Assembly: GCF_009914755.1 (NCBI RefSeq)
Contig: NC_060948.1
From: the human T2T-CHM13v2.0 reference genome, Homo sapiens
Strand: one strand, 5' to 3'
DNA length: 64,000 bases
This document shows positions 1 to 14,000 of this stretch, one piece after another (the first letter of the stretch is position 1; each line of letters starts with the position of its first letter). The translations under genes were made by a program, and so were the position numbers. The notes beneath the pieces are model-generated. The model was given only the letters and a program-made list of their open reading frames with translations. It did not search any database and was not told where the DNA came from.

Positions 1-1213
1 ATATAATGGACTGGAATGGAATGAAATCACAAGGAATGGGAACGAATGGAATGGAATGGAAAGGAATGGAATCGAATGGAAAGGAATCGAATGGAAGGGA
101 ATGAAATTGAATCAACAGGAATGGAAGGGAATAGAATAGACGGTAATGGAATGGACTCGAATAGAATGGACACGAATGCTCAAATTGAATGGACTCGAAT
201 GGAATGGAAACGAAAGGAATGTCATCGAATGGAATTGAATGGATTGGAATGAAATCGCATAGAATGGAGTGGAATCAAATGGAATTGAATCGAAAGGAAA
301 GGAAGCGAATGGACTGAAATGAAATGGAATGGAATTGAATGGAAAGTAATGCAATGGAATAGAATGGAACGAAATTTCACGGAATGGAATCAAACTGAAT
401 GGAATCAAATCAATGGAATCAAATCAAATGGAATGGAAAGGAATTGAATGGAGTAGATTGGATTGGATGGGATTGGAATGAAATGTACTGGAAAGGACTC
501 GAATTTCATGAAACGGAATGGAATGAATTGGAACGGAATGGACTCGAATGGAATGGAATGTCATGGAATGGCATCAAATGGAATGGCATCAAATGGAATG
601 GAATCGAATGCAATGGAATGCTATGGAATGAAATGGAATGCATTGGAATGGAATGTCCTCTAATGGAATGGATTCGAGTGGAATGGAATCGAATATAATG
701 GAGTCGAATGAAATGGAATTGAAAGGAGTGGGATCGAATACAATGGAATATACTGGAATGTAATGTAATGAACTCGAATGTAATTGACTGGAATGGAATG
801 TACATGAATGGAATGTAATCGAATGGAAAGTAATCCAATGGAATAGAATCTAATGCAATAAAACCGACTCAGATAGAGTAGAATGTAATGGAATGGAGTG
901 CAGTGCAATGGAATGGAATGGAATGGAATGCAATGGAATGGAATGGAATGGAATGGAATGGAATGGGATGGAATGGAATGGAATGGGATGGAATGGGATG
1001 GAATGGATAGTAATGGACTGGAGTGAAATGGACTGGAAAGGAATGGACTCAAATTGAAAGGGCTCGAAAGGAATGGAGTCAAATGGAATGGTCTGGAATG
1101 GAATGAACACGAATGTAATGCAATCCAATAGAATGGAATCGAATGGCATGGAATATAAAGAAATGGAATCGAAGAGAATGGAAACAAATGGAATGGAATT
1201 GAATGGAATGGAA

Positions 1214-1367
1214 TTGAATGGAATGGGAACGAATGGAGTGAAATTGTATGCAGTAGAAGGGAATAGAATGGAATGCAAGCGAAAGGAAAGGAATGGATTG
1301 GAATGGAATGGAATTCATTGGAATGGAAGGGAATGTAGTGTAATGGACAGGCCTGGAATAAAGTGGA
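1214..1367 (+). other. Diagnostic DYZ1 segment resembling the classic Y-specific sexing PCR amplicon (recurs once per unit)
   Basis: Bounded by TTGAATGGAATGGGAACGAATGG (1214-1236) and GGACAGGCCTGGAATAAAGTGGA (1345-1367), with an internal EcoRI site at 1311. These match my recollection of the Y1.1/Y1.2 DYZ1 primers, which I could not verify by search. Confidence 0.75.
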
Positions 1368-1724
1368 ATGCTATGGTCTCGAATGGAATAAAAATGTATG
1401 GAATGGAATGTAATGAAACGGAATCGAATGTCATAGAATGTAATGGAATGCAAAAAAATGGAATCCAAAATCATTGACTGGAAAGGCTGGGTGTCGAAAG
1501 GAATTGACTCCAATGGTATGGAATCGAATGGAATGGAAGTGAATAGAATCGAACTAAATCGAATGGAATGGAATTGATAGGAACGGAATGGAAAGGAATG
1601 CAATGAATTGGCATGGAATGGAATCGAATGGCATCGAATGGAATGGAATGGAATGCAATGGAATGGAATGTATTAGAATGTAATGAACTTTAATGGAATG
1701 TACTCGAATGGATTCGACTGGAAT

Positions 1725-1739
1725 GGAATGTTCTGGAAG
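1725..1739. promoter_or_regulatory. Perfect 3-unit heat-shock element motif HSE-A (gGAAtgTTCtgGAAg), repeated per unit
   Basis: Exact match to nGAAnnTTCnnGAAn. The motif is seen directly; function is inferred. Confidence 0.6.
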
Positions 1740-3038
1740 TGAATGGACTCCAATGGAATGGATTCAAAAGGAATGGAATCGTACGGAATGGAATCTAATG
1801 GAATGGAATTAAATGGAAATGAATCAAATTGAATAGCACGGAATTGAATTGAATGGAATGGAATGCAATGGAATCTAATGAAACGGAAAGGAAAGGAATG
1901 GAATGGAATGGAATGGGCTGGAATGGAAAGGAATCGAAACGAATGGAATGGAATCGAACTGAAGAGACTGGAATGGAATGCACTGGAATGGAAGGGAGTG
2001 TAATGGAAGGTTGTCGAAAAAAATGGAATCGAATGGAATGGAATTGAATGGAACGGAATAGAGTCGAATGGAATTGAATGGAATGGAATGGACTAGAGTG
2101 AAATGGAATCGAACCAGAAGGAATGGACAGGAATAGAATGGTCTCGAATTGAATGGAATCGTATGGAATGGCATCAAACGGAATGGAATGGACAGCCACG
2201 GAATGGAATGCACTCGAATGCAATGGAGTCGAAACGTCGAAACTAATGGACTGGAATAGAATGGACTCGACTGGTACGGACTCCAATGGAATGGAATCGA
2301 ATGGAAGGGAATCGAACGGAATGGACTCGAAGGGAAAAGACTGCAATGGAAAGGTCTCGAATGGAATGGAAATTAATGGAATGGAATGGAATCGAATGAA
2401 AAGGAGTCAAAAGGAATGGAATCGAATGGCAAGAAATCGAATGTAATGGAATCGCAAGGAATTGATGTGAACGGAACGGAATGGAATGGAATCCAAAGGA
2501 ATGGAATAGAATGGAATGGAATCGAATGGAAAGGACTCGAATGGAAATCACTCGAATAGAATGCAATTTAATAAAATAGGATCAAATGTAATGGAACGGA
2601 ATGGAAAGGAATCGAAACGAAAGGAATGGAGACAGATGGAATGGAATGGAACAGAGAGCAATGGTATAGAATGGAATGGAATCATCTGGAATGGAATTGA
2701 ATGGAATGGAATAATATGAAATGGAATGGAATGGAATGGAATGGAATGCCCTTGAATTAAATGGACTGGAATGGAATGGACTCGAACAGAGTGGAATGGA
2801 AAGTGTTGAGATAGAATGGAATGGACTCCTTTGGAATGGTGTAGTATGCAATGCAATCGACTGGCAGGGAATCAAAAGGAATGTAATGGAATGGATTGGA
2901 CTGGAATGCAATGGACTCGAATAGATTGGAAACGGAATGCAAAGGAATGGAATGGAATAGTATGGAATGGAATGGAAAGGAATGGAGTGGAATAGACTAG
3001 AGTGGAATGGAATGGACTGGAAAGCAATGGACTGGAAT

Positions 3039-3053
3039 GGAACTTTCTTGAAT
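3039..3053. promoter_or_regulatory. Perfect 3-unit heat-shock element motif HSE-C (gGAActTTCttGAAt), repeated per unit
   Basis: Exact match to nGAAnnTTCnnGAAn. The motif is seen directly; function is inferred. Confidence 0.6.
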
Positions 3054-3965
3054 GGACTGGAATCAAACGGAATGGAATGCAATGCAATCAAATGGCATGG
3101 AATAAAATAGAATGAAAGAGAATCAAATGGAATTGAATCGAATGGAATCGAATGGATTGGAAAGGAATAGAATGGAATGGAATGGAATGGACTAGAATGG
3201 AATGGATTCGAATGGAAGGCAAAGGAATGGAATCTATTGGAATGGACTGTAATGGAATGGAATGGAAGGGATTGGAATGGACTCGAATGGAATGGACTGC
3301 AATAGAAAGGATTCGAATGGAATGAAAAAGAATTGAATGGAATAGAACAGAATGGAATCAAATCGAATGAAATGGAATGGAATAGAAAGGAATGGAATGA
3401 AATGGAATGGAAAGGATTCGAATGGAATGCAATCGAATGGAATGGAATCGAACGGAATGGAATAAAATGGAAGAAAACTGGCAAGAAATGGAATCGAAAT
3501 GAATGGAGTGTTATGGAACGGACTCAAAAGGAATTGAATGTAATAGAATGGAGTGGAGTGGACTCGAATATAATGGACTGGAATGGAATGAAATCACATG
3601 GAATGGGAACGAATGGAATGGAATGGAAAGGAATGGAATCGAATGGAAAGGAATCGAATGGAAGGGAATGCAATTGAATCAACAGGAATGGAAGGGAATA
3701 GAATAGACGGTAATGGAATGGACTCGAATAGAATGGACACGAATGCTCAAATTGAATGGACTCGAATGGAATGGAAACGAAAGGAATGTCATCGAATGGA
3801 ATTGAATCGATTGGAATGAAATCGCATAGAATGGAGTGGAATCAAATGGAATTGAATCGAAAGGAAAGGAAGCGAATGGACTGAAATGAAATGGAATGGA
3901 ATTGAATGGAAAGTAATGCAATGGAATAGAATGGAACGAAATTTCACGGAATGGAATCAAACTGA

Positions 3966-6900
3966 ATGGAATCAAATCAATGGAATCAAATCAAATGGAA
4001 TGGAAAGGAATTGAATGGAGTAGATTGGATTGGATGGGATTGGAATGAAATGTACTGGAAAGGACTCGAATTTCGTGAAACGGAATGGAATGAATTAGAA
4101 CGGAATGGACTCGAATGTAATGGAATGTCATGGAATGGCATCAAATGGAATGGCATCAAATGGAATGGAATAGAATGCAATGGAATGCTAAGGAATGGAA
4201 TGGAATGCATTGGAATGGAATGTCCTCTAATGGAATGGATTCGAGTGGAATGGAATCGAATATAATGGAGTCGAATGAAATGGAATTGGAAGGAATGGGA
4301 TCGAATACAATGGAATATACTGGAATGTAATGTAATGAACTCGAATGTAATTGACTGGAATGGAATGTACATGAATGGAATGTAATCGAATGGAAAGTAA
4401 TCCAATGGAATAGAATCTAATGCAATAAAATCGACTCAGATAGAGTAGAATGTAATGGAATGGAGTGCAGTGCAATGGAATGGAATGGAATGGAATGCAA
4501 TGGAATGGAATGGAATGGAATGGAATGGAATGGAATGGAATGGAATGGGATGGAATGGTATGGAATGGACAGTAATGGACTGGAGTGAAATGGACTGGAA
4601 AGGAATGGACTCAAATTGAAAGGGCTCGAAAGGAATAGAGACAAATGGAATGGTCTGGAATGGAATGAACACGAATGTAATGCAATCCAATAGAATGGAA
4701 TCGAATGGCATGGAATATAAAGAAATGGAATCGAAGAGAATGGAAACAAATGGAATGGAATTGAATGGAATGGAATTGAATGGAATGGGAACGAATGGAG
4801 TGAAATTGTATGCAGTAGAAGGGAATAGAATGGAATGCAAGCGAAAGGAAAGGAATGGATTAGAATGGAATGGAATTCATTGGAATGGAAGGGAATGTAG
4901 TGTAATGGACAGGCCTGGAATAAAGTGGAATGCTACGGTCTCGAATGGAATAAAAATGTATGGAATGGAATGCAATGAAACGGAATCGAATGTCATAGAA
5001 TGTAATGGAATGCAACAAAATGGAATCCAAAATCATTGACTGGAAAGGCTGGGTGTCGAAAGGAATTGACTCCAATGGAATGGAATCGAATGGAATGGAA
5101 GTGAATAGAATCGAACTAAATCGAATGGAATGGAATTGATAGGAACGGAATGGAAAGGAATGCAATGATTTGGCATGGAATGGAATCGAATGGCATCGAA
5201 TGGAATGGAATGGAATGCAATGGAATGGAATGTATTAGAATGTAATGAACTTTAATGGAATGTACTCGAATGGATTCGACTGGAATGGAATGTTCTGGAA
5301 GTGAATGGACTCCAATGGAATGGATTCAAAAGGAATGGAATCGTACGGAATGGAATCCAATGGGATGGAATTAAATGGAAATGAATCAAATTGAATAGCA
5401 CGGAATTGAATTGAATGGAATGGAATGCAATGGAATCTAATGAAACGGAAAGGAAAGGAATGGAATGGAATGGAATGGGCTGGAATGGAAAGGAATCGAA
5501 ACGAATGGAATGGAATCGAACTGAAGAGACTGGAATGGAATGCACTGGAATGGAAGGGAGTGTAATGGAAGGTTCTCGAAAAAAATGGAATCGAATGGAA
5601 TGGAATTGAATGGAACGGAATAGAGTCGAATGGAATTGAATGGAATGGAATGGACTAGAGTGAAATGGAATCGAACCACAAGGAATGGACAGGAATAGAA
5701 TGGTCTCGAATTGAATGGGATCGTATGGAATGGCATCAAACGGAATGGAATGGACAGCCACGGAATGGAATGCACTCGAATGCAATGGAGTCGAAACTAA
5801 TGGACTGGAATAGAATGGACTCGACTGGTACGGACTCCAATGGAATGGAATCGAATGGAAGGGAATCGAACGGAATGGACTCGAAGGGAAAAGACTGCAA
5901 TGGAAAGGTCTCGAATGGAATGGAAATTAATGGAATGGAATGGAATCGAATGAAATGGAGTCAAAAGGAATGGAATCGAATGGCAAGAAATCGAATGTAA
6001 TGGAATCGCAAGGAATTGATGTGAACGGAACGGAATGGAATGGAATCCAAAGGAATGGAATAGAATGGAATGGAATCGAATGGAAAGGACTCGAATGGAA
6101 ATCACTGGAATAGAATGCAATTTAATAAAATAGGATCAAATGTAATGGAATGGAATGGAAAGGAATCGAAATGAAAGGAATGGAGACAGATGGAATGGAA
6201 TGGAACAGAGAGCAATGGTATAGAATGGAATGGAATCATCTGGAATGGAATTGAATGGAATGGAATAATATGAAATGGAATGGAATGGAATGGAATGGAA
6301 TGGAATGCCCTTGAATTAAATGGACTGGACTCGAACAGAGTGGAATGGAAAGTGTTGAGATAGAATGGAATGGACTCCTTTGGAATGGTGTAGTATGCAA
6401 TGCCATCGACTGGCATGGAATCAAAAGGAATGTAATGGAATGGATTGGACTGGAATGCAATGGACTCGAATAGATTGCAAACGGAATGCAAAGGAATGGA
6501 ATGGAATAGTATGGAATGGAATGGAAAGGAATGGAGTGGAATAGACTAGAGTGGAATGGAATGGACTGGAAAGCAATGGACTGGAATGGAACTTTCTTGA
6601 ATGGACTGGAATCAAACGGAATGGAATGCAATGCAATCAAATGGCATGGAATAAAATAGAATGAAAGAGAATCAAATGGAATTGAATCGAATGGAATCGA
6701 ATGGATTGGAAAGGAATAGAATGGAATGGAATGGAATTGACTCAAATGGAATGGACTAGAATGGAATGGATTCGAACGGAAGGCAAAGGAATGGAATCTA
6801 TTGGAATGGACTGTAATGGAATGGAATGGAAGGGATTGGAATGGACTCGAATGGAATGGACTGCAATAGAAAGGATTCGAATGGAATGAAAAAGAATTGA

Positions 6901-7529
6901 ATGGAATAGAACAGAATGGAATCAAATCGAATGAAATGGAATGGAATAGAAAGGAATGGAATGAAATGGAATGGAAAGGATTCGAATGGAATGCAATCGA
7001 ATGGAATGGAATCGAACGGAATGGAATAAAATGGAAGAAAACTGGCAAGAAATGGAATCGAAAGGAATGGAGTGTTATGGAACGGACTCAAAAGGAATTG
7101 AATGTAATAGAATGGAGTGGAGTGGACTCGAATATAATGGACTGGAATGGAATGAAATCACATGGAATGGGAACGAATGGAATGGAATGGAAAGGAATGG
7201 AATCGAATGGAAAGGAATCGAATGGAAGGGAATGAAATTGAATCAACAGGAATGGAAGGGAATAGAATAGACGGTAATGGAATGGACTCGAATAGAATGG
7301 ACACGAATGCTCAAATTGAATGGACTCGAATGGAATGGAAACGAAAGGAATGTCATCGAATGGAATTGAATCGATTGGAATGAAATCGCATAGAATGGAG
7401 TGGAATCAAATGGAATTGAATCGAAAGGAAAGGAAGCGAATGGACTGAAATGAAATGGAATGGAATTGAATGGAAAGTAATGCAATGGAATAGAATGGAA
7501 CGAAATTTCACGGAATGGAATCAAACTGA
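3966..7529 (+). repeat. DYZ1 unit 2 (3564 bp; 10-bp-deletion subfamily)
   Basis: +10 tract, +5 at ~6280, -10 at ~6325. Confidence 0.9.
5567..5581. promoter_or_regulatory. Perfect 3-unit heat-shock element motif HSE-B (gGAAggTTCtcGAAa), repeated per unit
   Basis: Exact match to nGAAnnTTCnnGAAn, ~280 bp downstream of HSE-A. Mutated to TTG in unit 1 (~2011). Confidence 0.6.
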
Positions 7530-10500
7530 ATGGAATCAAATCAATGGAATCAAATCAAATGGAATGGAAAGGAATTGAATGGAGTAGATTGGATTGGATT
7601 GGATTGGAATGAAATGTACTGGAAAGGACTCGAATTTCATGAAACGGAATGGAATGAATTGGAACGGAATGGACTCGAATGGAATGGAATGTCATGGAAT
7701 GGCATCAAATGGAATGGCATCAAATGGAATGGAATCGAATGCAATGGAATGCTATGGAATGGAATGGAATGCATTGGAATGGAATGTCCTCTAATGGAAT
7801 GGATTCGAGTGGAATGGAATCGAATATAATGGAGTCGAATGAAATGGAATTGAAAGGAATGGGATCGAATACAATGGAATATACTGGAATGTAATGTAAT
7901 GAACTCGAATGTAATTGACTGGAATGGAATGTACATGAATGGAATGTAATCGAATGGAAAGTAATCCAATGGAATAGAATCTAATGCAATAAAACCGACT
8001 CAGATAGAGTAGAATGTAATGGAATGGAGTGCAGTGCAATGGAAGGGAATGGAATTGAATGCAATGGAATGGAATGGAATGGAATGGAATGGAATGGAAT
8101 GGGATGGAATGGGATGGAATGGATAGTAATGGACTGGAGTGAAATGGACTGGAAAGGAATGGACTCAAATTGAAAGGGCTCGAAAGGAATGGAGTCAAAT
8201 GGAATGGTCTGGAATGGAATGAACACGAATGTAATGCAATCCAATAGAATGGAATCGAATGGCATGGAATATAAAGAAATGGAATCGAAGAGAATGGAAA
8301 CAAATGGAATGGAATTGAATGGAATGGAATTGAATGGAATGGGAACGAATGGAGTGAAATTGTATGCAGTAGAAGGGAATAGAATGGAATGCAAGCGAAA
8401 GGAAAGGAATGGATTGGAATGGAATGGAATTCATTGGAATGGAAGGGAATGTAGTGTAATGGACAGGCCTGGAATAAAGTGGAATGCTACGGTCTCGAAT
8501 GGAATAAAAATGTATGGAATGGAATGCAATGAAACGGAATCGAATGTCATAGAATGTAATGGAATGCAAAAAAATGGAATCCAAAATCATTGACTGGAAA
8601 GGCTGGGTGTCTAAAGGAATTGACTCCAATGGAATGGAATCGAATGGAATGGAAGTGAATAGAATCGAACTAAATCGAATGGAATGGAATTGATAGGAAC
8701 GGAATGGAAAGGAATGCAATGATTTGGCATGGAATGGAATCGAATGGCATCGAATGGAATGGAATGGAATGCAGTGGAATGGAATGTATTAGAATGTAAT
8801 GAACTTTAATGGAATGTACTCGAATGGATTCGACTGGAATGGAATGTTCTGGAAGTGAATGGACTCCAATGGAATGGATTCCAAAGGAATGGAATCGTAC
8901 GGAATGGAATCTAATGGAATGGAATTAAATGGAAATGAATCAAATTGAATAGCACGGAATTGAATTGAATGGAATGGAATGCAATGGAATCTAATGAAAC
9001 GGAAAGGAAACGAATGGAATGGAATGGAATGGACTGGAATGGAAAGGAATCGAAACGAATGGAATGGAATCGAACTGAAGAGACTGGAATGGAATGCACT
9101 GGAATGGAAGGGAGTGTAATGGAAGGTTCTCGAAAAAAATGGAATCGAATGGAATGGAATTGAATGGAACGGAATAGAGTCGAATGGAATTGAATGGAAT
9201 GGAATGGACTAGAGTGAAATGGAATCGAACCACAAGGAATGGACATGAATAGAATGGTCTCGAATTGAATGGAATCGTATGGAATGGCATCAAACGGAAT
9301 GGAATGGACAACCACGGAATGGAATGCACTCGAATGCAATGGAGTCGAAACTAATGGACTGGAATAGAATGGACTCGACTGGTACGGACTCCAATGGAAT
9401 GGAATCGAATGGAAGGGAATCGAACGGAATGGACTCGAAGGGAAATGACTGCAATGGAAAGGTCTCGAATGGAATGGAAATTAATGGAATGGAATGGAAT
9501 CGAATGAAATGGAGTCAAAAGGAATGGAATCGAATGGCAAGAAATCGAATGTAATGGAATCACAAGGAATTGATGTGAACGGAACGGAATGGAATGGAAT
9601 CCAAAGGAATGGAATAGAATGGAATGGAATCGAATGGAAAGGACTCGAATGGAAATCACTCGAATAGAATGCAATTTAATAAAATAGGATCAAATGTAAT
9701 GGAATGGAATGGAAAGGAATCGAAACGAAAGGAATGGAGACAGATGGAATGGAATGGAACAGAGAGCAATGGTATAGAATGGAATGGAATCATCTGGAAT
9801 GGAATTGAATGGAATGGAATAATATGAAATGGAATGGAATGGAATGGAATGGAATGCCCTTGAATTAAATGGACTGGAATGGAATGGACTCGAACAGAGT
9901 GGAATGGAAAGTGTTGAGATAGAATGCAATGGACTCCTTTGGAATGGTGTAGTATGCAATGCAATCGACTGGCAGGGAATCAAAAGGAATGTAATGGAAT
10001 GGATTGGACTGGAATGCAATGGACTCGAATAGATTGGAAACGGAATGCAAAGGAATGGAATGGAATAGTATGGAATGGAATGGAAAGGAATGGAGTGGAA
10101 TAGACTAGAGTGGAATGGAATGGACTGGAAAGCAATGGACTGGAATGGAACTTTCTTGAATGGACTGGAATCAAACGGAATGGAATGCAATGCAATCAAA
10201 TGGCATGGAATAAAATAGAATGAAAGAGAATCAAATGGAATTGAATCGAATGGAATCGAATGGATTGGAAAGGAATAGAATGGAATGGAATGGAATTGAC
10301 TCAAATGGAATGGACTAGAATGGAATGGATTCGAATGGAAGGCAAAGGAATGGAATCTATTGGAATGGACTGTAATGGAATGGAATGGAAGGGATTGGAA
10401 TGGACTCGAATGGAATGGACTGCAATAGAAAGGATTCGAATGGAATGAAAAAGAATTGAATGGAATAAAACAGAATGGAATGAAATCGAATGAAATGGAA

Positions 10501-11078
10501 AAGAATAGAAAGGAATGGAATGAAATGGAATGGAAAGGATTCGAATGGAATGCAATCGAATGGAATGGAATCGAACGGAATGGAATAAAATGGAAGAAAA
10601 CTGGCAAGAAATGGAATCGAAATGAATGGACTGTTATGGAACGGACTCAAAAGGAATTGAATGTAATAGAATGGAGTGGAGTGGACTCGAATATAATGGA
10701 CTGGAATGGAATGAAATCACATGGAATGGGAACGAATGGAAAGGAATGGAATCGAATGGAAAGGAATCGAATGGAAGGGAATGAAATTGAATCAACAGGA
10801 ATGGAAGGGAATAGAATAGACGGTAATGGAATGGACTCGAATAGAATGGACACGAATGCTCAAATTGAATGGACTCGAATGGAATGGAAACGAAAGGAAT
10901 GTCATCGAATGGAATTGAATCGATTGGAATGAAATCGCATAGAATGGAGTGGAATCAAATGGAATTGAATCGAAAGGAAAGGAAGCGAATGGACTGAAAT
11001 GAAATGGAATGGAATTGAATGGAAAGTAATGCAATGGAATAGAATGGAACGAAATTTCACGGAATGGAATCAAACTGA
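7530..11078 (+). repeat. DYZ1 unit 3 (3549 bp; B-type markers)
   Basis: -10 at ~10738; AAAACCGACTC and GGAAGGGAATGGAATTGAAT markers. Confidence 0.9.
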
Positions 11079-14000
11079 ATGGAATCAAATCAATGGAATA
11101 TAATCAAATGGAATGGAAAGGAATTGAATGGAGTAGATTGGATTGGATGTGATTGGAATGAAATGTACTGGAAAGGACTCGAATTTCATGAAACGGAATG
11201 GAATGAATTGGAACGGAATGGACTCGAATGGAATGGAATGTCATGGAATGGCATCAAATGCAATGGCATCAAATGGAATGGAATCGAATGCAATGGAATG
11301 CTATGGAATGGAATGGAATGCATTGGAATGGAATGTCCTCTAATGGAATGGATTCGAGTGGAATGGAATCGAATATAATGGAGTCGAATGAAATGGAATT
11401 GAAAGGAATGGGATCGAATACAATGGAATATACTGGAATGTAATGTAATGAACTCGAATGTAATTGACTGGAATGGAATGTACATGAATGGAATGTAATC
11501 GAATGGAAAGTAATCCAATGGAATAGAATCTAATGCAATAAAATCGACTCAGATAGAGTAGCATGTAATGGAATGGAGTGCAGTGCAATGGAATGGAATG
11601 GAATGGAATGCAATGGAATGGAATGGAATGGAATGTGATGGGGTGGAATGGTATGGAATGGATAGTAATGGACTGGAGTGAAATGGACTGGAAAGGAATG
11701 GACTCAAATTGAAAGGGCTCGAAAGGAATGGAGTCAAATGGAATGGTCTGGAATGGAATGAACACGAATGTAATGCAATCCAATAGAATGGAATCGAATG
11801 GCATGGAATATAAAGAAATGGAATCGAAGAGAATGGAAACAAATGGAATGGAATTGAATGGAATGGAATTGAATGGAATGGGAACGAATGGAGTGAAATT
11901 GTATGCAGTAGAAGAGAATAGAATGGAATGCAAGCGAAAGGAAAGGAATGGATTGGAATGGAATGGAATTCATTGGAATGGAAGGGAATGTAGTGTAATG
12001 GACAGGCCTGGAATAAAGTGGAATGCTACGGTCTCGAATGGAATAAAAATGTATGGAATGGAATGCAATGAAACGGAATCGAATGTCATAGAATGTAATG
12101 GAATGCAAAAAAATGGAATCCAAAATCATTGACTGGAAAGGCTGGGTGTCGAAAGGAATTGACTCCAATGGAATGGAATCGAATGGAATGGAAGTGAATA
12201 GAATCGAACTAAATCGAATGGAATGGAATTGATAGGAACGGAATGGAGAGGAATGCAATGATTTGGCATGGAATGCAATCGAATGGCATCGAATGGAATG
12301 GAATGGAATGCAATGGAATGGAATGTATTAGAATGTAATGAACTTTAATGGAATGTACTCGAATGGATTCGACTGGAATGGAATGTTCTGGAAGTGAATG
12401 GACTCCAATGGAATGGATTCAAAAGGAATGGAATCGTACGGAATGGAATCTAATGGAATGGAATTAAATGGAAATGAATCAAATTGAATAGCACGGAATT
12501 GAATTGAATGGAATGGAATGCAATGGAATCTAATGAAACGGAAAGGAAAGGAATGGAATGGAATGGAATGGGCTGGAATGGAAAGGAATCGAAACGAATG
12601 GAATGGAATCGAACTGAAGAGACTGGAATGGAATGCACTGGAATGGAAGGGAGTGTAATGGAAGGTTCTCGAAAAAAATGGAATCGAATGGAATGGAATT
12701 GAATGGAACGGAATAGAGTCGAATGGAATTGAATGGAATGGAATGGACTAGAGTGAAATGGAATTGAACCACAAGGAATGGACAGGAATAGAATGGTCTC
12801 GAATTGAATGGAATCGTATGGAATGGCATCAAACGGAATGGAATGGACAGCCACGGAATGGAATGCACTCGAATGCAATGGAGTCGAAACTAAAGGACTG
12901 GAATAGAATGGACTCGACTGGTACGGACTCCAATGGAATGGAATCGAATGGAAGGGAATCGATCGGAATGGACTCGAAGGGAAAAGACTGCAATGGAAAG
13001 GTCTCGAATGGAATGGAAATTAATGGAATGGAATGGAATCGAATGAAATGGAGTCAAAAGGAATGGAATCGAATGGCAAGAAATCGAATGTAATGGAATC
13101 GCAAGGAATTGATGTGAACGGAACGGAAAGGAATGGAATCCAAAGGAATGGAATAGAATGGAATGGAATCGAATGGAAAGGACTTGAATGGAAATCACTC
13201 GAATAGAATGCAATTTAATAAAATAGGATCAAATGTAATGGAATGGAATGGAAAGGAATCGAAACGAAAGGAATGTAGACAGATGGAATGGAATGGAACA
13301 GAGAGCAATGGTATAGAATGGAATGGAATCATCTGGAATGGAATTGAATGGAATGGAATAATATGAAATGGAATGGAATGGAATGGAATGGAATGCCCTT
13401 GAATTAAATGGACTGGAATGGAATGGACTCGAACAGAGTGGAATGGAAAGTGTTGAAATAGAATGGAATGGACTCGTTTGGAATGGTCTAGTATGCAATG
13501 CAATCGACTGGCAGGGAATCAAAAGGAATGTAATCGAATGGATTGGACTGGAATGCAATGGACTCGAATAGATTGGAAACGGAATACAAAGGAATGGAAT
13601 GGAATAGTATGGAATGGAATGGAAAGGAATGGAGTGGAATAGACTAGAGTGGAATGGAATGGACTGGAAAGCAATGGACTGGAATGGAACTTTCTTGAAT
13701 GGACTGGAATCAAACGGAATGGAATGCAATGCAATCAAATGGCATGGAATAAAATAGAATGAAAGAGAATCAAATGGAATTGAATCGAATGGAATCGAAT
13801 GGATTGGAAAGGAATAGAATGGAATGGAATGGAATTGACTCAAATGGAATGGACTAGAATGGAATGGATTAGAATGGAAGGCAAAGGAATGGAATCTATT
13901 GGAATGGACTGTAATGGAATGGAATGGAAGGGATTGGAATGGACTCGAATGGAATGGACTGCAATAGAAAGGATTCGAATGGAATGAAAAAGAATTGAAT

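Larger units (their letters stand above)
399..3965 (+). repeat. DYZ1 unit 1 (3567 bp; unit phase set arbitrarily at the ATGGAATCAAATCAATGG landmark)
   Basis: 3559 baseline, +15 (variable tract), +8 (duplication at 2228), -15 (deletion near 3185). Confidence 0.9.

Noticed and set aside
11635-11650. GTGATGGGGTGG as a possible G-quadruplex or telomere-like insert
   Set aside because: It has a single G-run and is explained by a few substitutions in two pentamers.
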